64,000 nucleotides of DNA from a bacterium. Lineage in GTDB: Bacteria; UBP15; UBA6099; JAJRTR01. Location: NCBI GenBank assembly GCA_024278215.1, contig JAJRTR010000204.1:1-64000 (forward strand). The letters are read 5' to 3'. Shown one piece after another: positions 1 through 7,224 of this stretch (position 1 is its first letter; each line of letters starts with the position of its first letter). The notes below the pieces were generated by a model. It saw nothing but the letters and a program-made list of their open reading frames with translations. It was not told the DNA's origin and did not search any database. A program made the translations under genes and the position numbers.

Positions 1-1597
1 AAGTATCTATACAATTGCCGGTATTACAGACAAAATCATCAGCGTATATTGTTCCATCAGTACTTCCGACGCAGGCGTTGCCGTCGTTGTCTATACATAA
101 GAATCCATCGTAGTTGAGAATGTCGTAGTTGCCTTCCACGTAGATGTCGCCACTGAAATTCGCCGTGCTGGTGCTGTAGGCCCAGTGGAGGACTTCGGTA
201 TCCACGCCCGCGTCGCGTCTGTATATGGAAATATCGCCCACGGACATGCCGGACGCGGGCGTGCCGTCGCCGTCGTAGATCATGCCGCCGCCGTAAGTCG
301 CGCTCTGCCCGAGAAACAACCTGCCGGTTCCCAGCGAGGAGCCGTAGGCGGTTATGGACGCTTCGTCGGTGTCTATGTCGTAGGCGTGTATGTCGCCCTG
401 GCCTGTGTCGAGGTTTCCGCCGCCGTCGCCGGTTACGTATAATTCTTCGCCCACTGTCACATAGCCCGTGTTGTTGTCATATATCGCGCCGTCGACGTTC
501 AGGTCGCCGGTCACTTCGAGCGTGTCGCTCACGGTGACCCAGCCGGCCGTGTTCTGTATCATCCCGCCCGTGTTGTTGAAGAGAATGTCGGCGCCGCCAC
601 TCATAGTGAGGTTGCCGGTCATCGTGTCGCCCGCCTCGTCGACCCATATATCCGTGACACTCTGGAGATAGCGCCCGTCGGCGTAGCCCAGGTTGAGCGC
701 GTCGTCGTTGCTGTTCGGATTCGCGACGCCTTCTATCCTGTTTGTGCCCATATTCAGTATGCCGCTCATCGTGTCGCCCGCGGTGAGCACATAAATATCC
801 TCGATTTCCGTAGCGTTGAGGCAGTCGGTGCAGCCGTCGTTGACATATCTGGCGTCCGCATAGTCGCGGTCCATAGCATGTGTGCCGGCTGTGGGGTCAG
901 CTACGTTGTCGATGGTGTTTCCGTTCATGTTGAGCGTGCCGCTCATCGTGTCGCCCGCATCGAGCACATACTGCGGGTGGTCGTCGTCGAGCAGTCCGGA
1001 GAGAGAGCCGTGGTCGATACCGCCCGCCGAGGCTGTAATAGTAATCGTATTCGCACCGTCATTCGGTGTTATCGTGATACCACTGCCCGCCACCAGGTCG
1101 ATGTTGCCGCCGTCGTTTGTCACACCGTCCACGCTGCTCACTACATTCACCAGCAGGTCCGCCGCCGTCAGCGTGTTGTCGGTGACCTTGGCCGAGTTGA
1201 CCGTGTTGTCCGCGATACTTATCGCATACATCGCGTAAGCGACGCCCGTAAGCTGCTGCCTCGGCGAGTAGGTCGTGCCGTCCACAGTAACTTCGAGCCA
1301 CAGGTCCAGCGTCCAGTCCGCGTCCGAAAGCGGATCGGCGACAGAGCCAAGCACAACGCTGAACAGACCGTCCGTTACCGACACGGTCACACCCGTCTGG
1401 TCCCATTCGAGGGTCCCGCCGGTTGCGGCATCGTAAATCTTGAAATCCATCGTCTTATTGCCGTCGCTCAGCGGCACGCCGTTACTGTCCGTGAGCCGGC
1501 CCTGATAGTTCAGCTTCGGAGTGACCGCAGCCGCGAATGCAATGTTTGAAGCAAGAACAAACATAACAATCATCAGAATCCCTATTTTGTTTTTCAT
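1..1597 (-). CDS. Secreted tail-fibre/adhesin-like protein (runs off the left window edge; missed by the ORF track)
   Basis: Manual translation from ATG 1597 (GGGAG RBS): MKNKIGILMIVMFVLASNIAFAAAVTPKLNYQGRLTDSNGVPL..., open to base 1. Has a signal peptide, three GDTM(S/T)G repeats, DDDHPQY and neck-like DALNLGYAD motifs. Confidence 0.8.
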   Translation of the reverse strand, partial: MKNKIGILMIVMFVLASNIAFAAAVTPKLNYQGRLTDSNGVPLSDGNKTMDFKIYDAATGGTLEWDQTGVTVSVTDGLFSVVLGSVADPLSDADWTLDLWLEVTVDGTTYSPRQQLTGVAYAMYAISIADNTVNSAKVTDNTLTAADLLVNVVSSVDGVTNDGGNIDLVAGSGITITPNDGANTITITASAGGIDHGSLSGLLDDDHPQYVLDAGDTMSGTLNMNGNTIDNVADPTAGTHAMDRDYADARYVNDGCTDCLNATEIEDIYVLTAGDTMSGILNMGTNRIEGVANPNSNDDALNLGYADGRYLQSVTDIWVDEAGDTMTGNLTMSGGADILFNNTGGMIQNTAGWVTVSDTLEVTGDLNVDGAIYDNNTGYVTVGEELYVTGDGGGNLDTGQGDIHAYDIDTDEASITAYGSSLGTGRLFLGQSATYGGGMIYDGDGTPASGMSVGDISIYRRDAGVDTEVLHWAYSTSTANFSGDIYVEGNYDILNYDGFLCIDNDGNACVGSTDGTIYADDFVCNTGNCIDT

Positions 1598-1903
1598 ATT
1601 ATTTGCGCTCCCGCTTTAGTCCTACAATTTAATTTTAGTACTACATGAAAATATTAATCACCTAATTACATTATACCGCAAAATAGAGGCCACTTGAATA
1701 AAACACCGCAAACGTATTTTTTCGGGTTTTTCTGTAGAAAATTATAGCTATAGTGTAGCGTTTTAGTAAAAGGCTAAGAAAAATGACGATGAAATCATGA
1801 TTTATAGTGTTGTATACATTTTATAAACAAAGATGGTTGAAAAAATTTACATGCACATTGCAATTATTTTCATGGAAAAATCATTGAAATAATTTCTTTT
1901 CCA

Positions 1904-1929
1904 GATTTCTTTGTGAGAAATCCGGGTTA
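1904..1929. repeat. 26-bp dispersed repeat (family 3); exact inverted copy at 51239-51264, partial copy at about 40017-40036
   Basis: GATTTCTTTGTGAGAAATCCGGGTTA here; TAACCCGGATTTCTCACAAAGAAATC at 51239. Confidence 0.75.
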
Positions 1930-2517
1930 TTTATATTGCAGTTTCTCTCGCAAAGAGAGCGATGCGAATACAATTCCAAAAGCGATGACACCACCTAGAA
2001 AACCGAAAAGAATATGAGTCCCAAGAGCGTTCCATTTACCGAAAATGAGTGCCCATGAAAAAGTTCCCGTCCATGTTTTTACCATCGCATGAACAATAAA
2101 TCTCAGTGCGTTGGCGGCGGCTCCGATTCCTCCCCAGGATACACCGGTCAACCATGTGCTTTCATATTTTCTGTAAATGAGATCCACTATGAACCCGGCG
2201 ATAAAGTATTTCCCTACAAGCCCTATGCCTGCTCCGAATCCTATGGCACTGGAAAAGAACAACCATGTGGTTGATCCGGCCACGAGCCCCATGACAGTTC
2301 CCGCCCCCTTGCCCATGCCATAGTGGCGGTTGAGCAACAACAGCGCCATCCAGTATATTCCGGAACTACCTGGAATCCGTAAACCATGAGACGCCAGAGC
2401 CTGTCTCGTCATGACAAGCCCTATGGAAAAAAGAAAAGTAATTATTATCCCGCGCAACACTGAAGGGGATACCGATTCATCTGTTATATTTCTTACGCTT
2501 GCTGATGATAACTTCAT
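1927..2517 (-). CDS. ECF-transporter S-component-like membrane protein
   Basis: About 196 aa with 5-6 hydrophobic helices. Motifs IPGSSGIYWMALL, GAGTVMGLVAG and KYFIAGFIVDL. GAGGAG RBS before ATG 2517 (start uncertain). Confidence 0.65.
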   Translation of the reverse strand: MKLSSASVRNITDESVSPSVLRGIIITFLFSIGLVMTRQALASHGLRIPGSSGIYWMALLLLNRHYGMGKGAGTVMGLVAGSTTWLFFSSAIGFGAGIGLVGKYFIAGFIVDLIYRKYESTWLTGVSWGGIGAAANALRFIVHAMVKTWTGTFSWALIFGKWNALGTHILFGFLGGVIAFGIVFASLSLREKLQYK

Positions 2518-3199
2518 AGCTTCCAACTCCTCTGCCGTTATTTTTTGCAACTTTTAATATAATCAGCCCGTTTTTCAGCTCGGGCCGGACCCATCCCATC
2601 GTGTTGACTTTCGTTTCCGGGGCAAGCGTCTGCCCGTCGGAACAGACAACCTCATCTATCCCCTGTTCCAACAGGTCCGCTACTGTTACCGTTTCTCCCA
2701 GTTTCCGGGCATCATTCAAGTCAATGAATCGTCCGTCATCGCCGGACGCGCGCAGAGCGCACGATGAGAGTGCCCCGATGATTCCCTGTCCATTACCTCC
2801 GTGCTGAGTGAGGCTGATACCGGCAGTCGCTGCGAGTTCGATTGCTGTTTCCATCTCGAGAACTATATTCTGTGCATCCCTTGCATATCGCAGTACATCG
2901 GCGCCAAGCTGCGCCTCCCCGGCAATACACAGTCCCGGGTCGCTTCCCGAAGCGCTCTCGGATTCCAAAAAATCGACTGCCGTATCTTTGACTTCCGATA
3001 TGTTTTCTTCAGGCACATCAAGCACCATACATGCGCCACTGTTGTGGGAAGTGAACGGGATATCGGGATGTATGAGAAACTGATGGCGTGTCACCCCGAG
3101 GCAGGGGTAAGCCAGACGGCGGGCAAGGCGTCTTGCCATGTTTCCAGTGCCTCGGCTTTCCTCGTTGTCGGTATCGTCTATGCCAATAAAATATTTCAT
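2477..3199 (-). CDS. TiaS-catalytic-domain-like protein (GIDDTD family), lacking tRNA-binding domains
   Basis: GIDDTDNEESRGTG, HPDIPFTSHNSG, SDPGL and GQGIIGAL motifs parallel the N-terminal half of archaeal TiaS. 240 aa; GAGGAG RBS. Confidence 0.75.
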   Translation of the reverse strand: MKYFIGIDDTDNEESRGTGNMARRLARRLAYPCLGVTRHQFLIHPDIPFTSHNSGACMVLDVPEENISEVKDTAVDFLESESASGSDPGLCIAGEAQLGADVLRYARDAQNIVLEMETAIELAATAGISLTQHGGNGQGIIGALSSCALRASGDDGRFIDLNDARKLGETVTVADLLEQGIDEVVCSDGQTLAPETKVNTMGWVRPELKNGLIILKVAKNNGRGVGSYEVIISKRKKYNR

Positions 3200-3220
3200 T
3201 GGAACACTCCTCATTCACGA

Positions 3221-5197
3221 TCAGTTGAAGTTGTAGCTGAATCCTGTTCTCCAGGTGAATCCGGGAGCCGGGAATCCATCGCTTTTTTCATAGTTTTTGT
3301 CCAGAATGTTTTTCAGTGTAACGAACGCTTCGGAGTTGTTATGGATTTTCTTCTTGATGTTCATGTTGATAACAGTGATGGGTGGAATAGACTGAATGTT
3401 GTTGTTATCGTCGTAATAAACCTGGGTGGATAGATACTGTCCTGAAAGATTCAGTTGCCATTCGTGAGGCAGATCGAAATACATTCTCAAGTTGAGCGTG
3501 TTCTTCGGTCTGTACTGCAATGCGCTGATAGTCGTCGCCGGAGACTCGTCTTCGGCATCCAGGTAAGTATAGCCTATCGAGCATTTTGGGCCGTCGAAAC
3601 ACACACCGGCATAAACTATCTCACTACCGGTTATTTTCGTCGAAACGATGTTCGCATAAGCCGCTTTCCTGCTCGGCTTCTGTATCATGTCGGAAATATC
3701 ATAGCGGAAGATTGAAATATCCAGCGCGGATGATTTTCCAGTAGCGAGATTCCAGTTGAACTGAAGGTTGTCGGATTTCTGAGCGCTGAGAGAAACATTG
3801 CCGGCGTTGGAATCATACAGGTCACGCAGATTGGGGAAGCGCCGTTTTTTTGCGAAAGATACATTTAGTGTTGATCGGGTGCCGGCGATGTAGGAAATAC
3901 CGATCTGCGGGTCGAAGCCGTCAAGCCGCCTGCCTGTCGTCAGGCCGTCCGCAAAGTACGGATTGAAAACGTGAAAAGCCGCTCCGGGTGTTACCGACAG
4001 TCTGTTGCCGGCAGCTATCTCCGCCTCCGCCGCCAGGCTCATAGTCGAGGTTTTCACCAGAGTTGCCGAGGCCGTACTTTTTGCTATAGAGCGCATTTTG
4101 TCGCGTTTTATGTCCAGCCCCCACTTTACAATGTCCCCGCGGGCCGACACATGTGTACCGTGAAGAACAACCCCCAGGGAATCAATATCCCGAATTTCCT
4201 CGTCGAACTGTGAAGATTTTTTACCCGGTGTCACGAGAGTCGTGTAAGTATCATCGACATAATTCATGAGCGAGTAGTACGAATCGGCACGGTAAACTTT
4301 CGTGCGGATAGTGTTGCGTTCATTCAGGTTCCAGTCGGATGTAAAATCGATAAAATGATTATACCAGTCGTCCAGAACCTTGAATGTGGCATTCTTTGCG
4401 CCGACTTCCGGGGGAAGCGCCTTTTCGTTGTAAAAGCCCTGAAAGTTAATGGAGTAATTGGCGGCACCGTAATTATTGGAATATTTCAATGAAACCGCAT
4501 TTTTATCAAACCAGCTTCCGGTGCGCAGGTCGGATGTCTGGTTCAGAGCCGGTTCAAAATCGTCTGAAAGCGAAAAACCGTCACTTTTCCTTCGAGAAAC
4601 CGTGACCGCGAGGCTTTCGTCGTCCCATGCCAGCGCGGCTGCGCCGGAGACACGATACGTCGACTCATCTCCGGCGGCAAGTTCTAATCTGCTGTAACTG
4701 TCGTCGGGGCGCCGGGTGATGATATTGACCGTTCCGCCCATTCCGTTGGGGCCGTAGAGCGGGGAAGCCGTTCCTCTGGTAACCACTATTTTCGACACAT
4801 TGTCCAGCGGCAACTGATCCATGTCGATCTGCCCGTCCCATGGAGAATAGATTGGCATTCCATCTATAAGCACAGACACCTCCCGCTGGCGGAATCCCCT
4901 CATGCGCAGGTAAGCCTCACCCCTGCCTCCCCTGCGGGTGAACATTCCCGGCATCAAATTCAGTGCCTCGTCGACAGTCGTTGCACCTATGGCTTCAAAA
5001 TCAGCTTCGTACAGCGTCACTACATCGTATACCTTGCCGTAATCCGGTGCTGGTGAGGTAACCACAACCTCACCCAGGTCTACCGGCTCCGATTTTTCCG
5101 ATGCACCGGCCACTGTCGCCAACACCAGTATTATTACCGTCGAAACAACTGCTGTTCTGCAAATGCCGATCAAACTGTTCGGAATGAAACTTTGCAT
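3221..5197 (-). CDS. TonB-dependent outer-membrane receptor
   Basis: Signal peptide, TonB box (EVVVT), plug motifs (LIDG.P, IVVTRGTASPLYG..GMGGTVNIIT), and C-terminal NILDKNY...GFSYNFN. Start placed at ATG 5197 after GGAG. Confidence 0.95.
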   Translation of the reverse strand: MQSFIPNSLIGICRTAVVSTVIILVLATVAGASEKSEPVDLGEVVVTSPAPDYGKVYDVVTLYEADFEAIGATTVDEALNLMPGMFTRRGGRGEAYLRMRGFRQREVSVLIDGMPIYSPWDGQIDMDQLPLDNVSKIVVTRGTASPLYGPNGMGGTVNIITRRPDDSYSRLELAAGDESTYRVSGAAALAWDDESLAVTVSRRKSDGFSLSDDFEPALNQTSDLRTGSWFDKNAVSLKYSNNYGAANYSINFQGFYNEKALPPEVGAKNATFKVLDDWYNHFIDFTSDWNLNERNTIRTKVYRADSYYSLMNYVDDTYTTLVTPGKKSSQFDEEIRDIDSLGVVLHGTHVSARGDIVKWGLDIKRDKMRSIAKSTASATLVKTSTMSLAAEAEIAAGNRLSVTPGAAFHVFNPYFADGLTTGRRLDGFDPQIGISYIAGTRSTLNVSFAKKRRFPNLRDLYDSNAGNVSLSAQKSDNLQFNWNLATGKSSALDISIFRYDISDMIQKPSRKAAYANIVSTKITGSEIVYAGVCFDGPKCSIGYTYLDAEDESPATTISALQYRPKNTLNLRMYFDLPHEWQLNLSGQYLSTQVYYDDNNNIQSIPPITVINMNIKKKIHNNSEAFVTLKNILDKNYEKSDGFPAPGFTWRTGFSYNFN

Positions 5198-5290
5198 GAC
5201 AGGACACACTCCACCATAAAATATTTCTCCGTGTTGCCCGCATACGAGGTTGAGGAAACTGGCCCGGAACGTATGTAAAGAGTCCGCCTT

Positions 5291-5333
5291 TTCGTGCCCA
5301 AACAAATGCGGTTTGAGCACGGCACACAGAGTT
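5291..5333. repeat. REP-like hairpin repeat; second copy at 46729-46796
   Basis: TTCGTGCCCAAACAAATG(C/A)GGTTTGAGCACGGCAC is shared by both sites and folds as a stem-loop. Confidence 0.7.
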
Positions 5334-5342
5334 CTTATCTGC

Positions 5343-5366
5343 TTAGCGACAACATGTTGTCGCTAA
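5343..5366. promoter_or_regulatory. Perfect 24-bp palindrome (candidate operator or hairpin)
   Basis: TTAGCGACAACATGTTGTCGCTAA is self-complementary and lies in the receptor leader. Confidence 0.45.
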
Positions 5367-5391
5367 AGGCGAACAAAGGGCCTAGTCTGGT

Positions 5392-5457
5392 TCAGGGGAA
5401 ATAAAAAAACGGCTGCCGCCTGATACACGCGCAAGCCGATATGGTTTTTTGTTTCAT
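5392..5457 (-). CDS. Putative 21-aa leader peptide MKQKTISACACIRRQPFFYFP
   Basis: The ATG lies 7 nt after the GGAG that forms the riboswitch P1 3' strand, and the ORF spans a terminator hairpin. Confidence 0.5.
   Translation of the reverse strand: MKQKTISACACIRRQPFFYFP
5403..5438 (-). terminator. Intrinsic terminator/attenuator in the receptor leader
   Basis: CGGCTTGCGC-GTGTATCAG-GCGGCAGCCG followed by T7 on the minus strand. Confidence 0.65.
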
Positions 5458-5463
5458 TTACTG

Positions 5464-5560
5464 TCTCCTTTCCAAGCACGGGAGGTCGGCGGATTTCCCC
5501 GCCGGCCCTACAGCCCTGGAACCTTAGTCTTTTTCGACCTTAGGCCATCAGGGTCGGAGA
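5464..5560 (-). promoter_or_regulatory. Moco RNA motif riboswitch, P3-less (Wco/Tuco-type) variant
   Basis: Minus strand TCTCC-GA-CCCTG..CCTAAG-GTC GAAAAA GAC-TAAGG..CAGGG-CTGT-AGGGCCGGCGGG GAAA TCCGCCGACCT-CCCGTGCTTGG-AAA-GGAGA. P1, P2 with tetraloop receptor, P4 with GAAA loop, P5 and the conserved CCTCCCG..TGGAAAGG tail are all present. Confidence 0.88.
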
Positions 5561-5567
5561 TTTTCAG

Positions 5568-5596
5568 AGTGTAGTGTCATTATCTTCAAATGTCAA
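5568..5596 (-). promoter_or_regulatory. Sigma70-type promoter for the riboswitch/receptor operon
   Basis: TTGACA-N17-TACACT; the predicted start site near 5561 falls immediately before riboswitch P1. Confidence 0.8.
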
Positions 5597-5601
5597 CATA
5601 A

Positions 5602-5780
5602 GAGCCAATTGCAAAATTATGTTCGAAGCGAGGTCGAACGAAATTATTCTGAAGCAAGGCAGAGGTGTAAAATCCTTGCAGGCGTACTTGCAGAGTACGT
5701 CGAGGACGATTTTGCGCCGACAACGCAGCTATGGACAATAGCAGCCGACCGCAGCCGAATCAGAATTTTACAATTGGCTC
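5602..5780 (+). mobile_element. MITE family 1, copy A (179 bp)
   Basis: Terminal inverted repeats GAGCCAATTGCAAAATT / AATTTTACAATTGGCTC; flanked by TAA; near-identical to three other copies. Confidence 0.9.
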
Positions 5781-5809
5781 ATAAGAAAAAAAGTTTGTCG
5801 CCGGGCGCG

Positions 5810-7168
5810 TCATTTGCCCGAAAAATATTTTATCTGCAACCATTCTTTCAGATTGTCGCGTGCGTCCTCGACACCGATGAGTGAGTACTCCGCCTGCCAG
5901 TTGCTCTTCTCGGCAAACAGCATGATATATTCTTTCCCGATAATGTCTTCGTCTCCGAAAAACGCCGGGAGAGCGCCGGACTTGACATATATGTCCTTGC
6001 TCAGGATCTTGCCCTCATACACTTTATCAATGTGTACGTCGAGAATCCATTTTCTTATTTTGTACTCGCCCGGCTTCGAGTCTTCCACCTTTTTGCTCTT
6101 TATTTCGCCGAGAATTATGTATCCGGCGCGGCGCAGTTTTTTCGACAGCTTCGGACCGAATGGGGATATCTCGATCCGCACGTCAGACGCCAGTTCACGT
6201 GTCGTCTCATACAGCAACTTCTCGCGTGTACGGATGATGCCGAGGAGTTTGGAGCGGAGCCTCGACTCGTCACCTGTGTCGATATGCGCGAAAAGTTTTG
6301 TGTTCAGGTAGGGAAACGGCCTCTCGTACATAACGAGTGTGCGTGGCTGGAAGTCGGGTTTCTCGAAATATATTTTTATTTCTCTTAATTTCGGTCTCAT
6401 CACACGGAATTGTATCCTGCCGACGCCGCCGTTTTCGCCTGTACCGTTTTCGAATGCGTCATTGTTGTATGCCGCGATCGAAGGATACTCGGAAACGATT
6501 CCCATGATATCTTTATGTATAGCTTTTATAACTTTATCCGCGGCGGCACTGATTTTATTCTCATCGAGAATCCGTTTCGCGTTGAATGTCAGCCTGTTGG
6601 ACTCCGACAGCCCGGACCACCAGTTTCTCGGTTGCGGTTCGACAACCCGGTAGTCCGCGCCATACTCGACACGCAGGGCGTGTTCGCCTTCGAGCACAGT
6701 AAGTACTGTCAGCGTCATGATCTTTTCCTTCTCGCCCGGGTCCAGCCTCATCGCGTCCGCTGTCTCGGCGGATTCCGGTGGGTGGCTTTCCTTTTTTACG
6801 ATACCCGTTCCTGTTGTCGCCTTGTCGTCGGTGAATATCTGGAAATAAACGCCTTCTTTCTTATTTGTCGTCCATATCCTCTTGAAGTAACGTGTGTCTT
6901 TGCCGTTGTTTTGCAGGTAGACATCAATCACAGGTGTTTCTCCGGGCTCGTAGACTGCTTTTTTGCTGGTCAGATATATTTTCAAAGTCGGGTCGTACTG
7001 TTTTTCCTGCGGTTTCTTGTTTTTTTGCTTGCCGTACCCCTCCTGTTTTCTCTTCATCACGTTGCCGGGGTCCTCTGCGTGTGAAAGAGTCGAGCACATC
7101 AATGCAAGCGTAGCTGTAAACAATATGACAAAACAAGCAATTCTCATCGCGCTGTTCTTCGAGCCCAT
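5810..7168 (-). CDS. Exported hypothetical protein
   Basis: Long ORF with signal peptide (..TLSHA/ED) and a GGAGG RBS before ATG 7168; no family recognised. Confidence 0.75.
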   Translation of the reverse strand: MGSKNSAMRIACFVILFTATLALMCSTLSHAEDPGNVMKRKQEGYGKQKNKKPQEKQYDPTLKIYLTSKKAVYEPGETPVIDVYLQNNGKDTRYFKRIWTTNKKEGVYFQIFTDDKATTGTGIVKKESHPPESAETADAMRLDPGEKEKIMTLTVLTVLEGEHALRVEYGADYRVVEPQPRNWWSGLSESNRLTFNAKRILDENKISAAADKVIKAIHKDIMGIVSEYPSIAAYNNDAFENGTGENGGVGRIQFRVMRPKLREIKIYFEKPDFQPRTLVMYERPFPYLNTKLFAHIDTGDESRLRSKLLGIIRTREKLLYETTRELASDVRIEISPFGPKLSKKLRRAGYIILGEIKSKKVEDSKPGEYKIRKWILDVHIDKVYEGKILSKDIYVKSGALPAFFGDEDIIGKEYIMLFAEKSNWQAEYSLIGVEDARDNLKEWLQIKYFSGK

Positions 7169-7224
7169 AATCTTTTCCTCCACCATCTAATGATACCACA
7201 ACGACAATGATTACACATTTAAAC

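Noticed and set aside
1-1926. Prophage
   Set aside because: The fibre-like gene has a signal peptide, and no integrase, terminase or capsid genes are present.
2477-3199. True tRNA(Ile2) agmatidine synthetase (tiaS)
   Set aside because: Too short and lacks the OB and zinc-ribbon domains; the tRNA-Ile in the window has a GAU, not CAU, anticodon.
5197-5320. N-terminal extension of the receptor ORF to 5320
   Set aside because: It runs through a dispersed repeat and precedes the RBS and signal peptide.
5400-5600. Cobalamin riboswitch / btuB assignment for the TonB receptor leader
   Set aside because: No B12 box or cobalamin core motifs were seen; the sequence fits the Moco motif instead.
5609-5884. 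Short ORFs over MITE copies (also 19704-20315, 48573-49067)
   Set aside because: They are translations of the non-coding repeat, with no transposase motifs.
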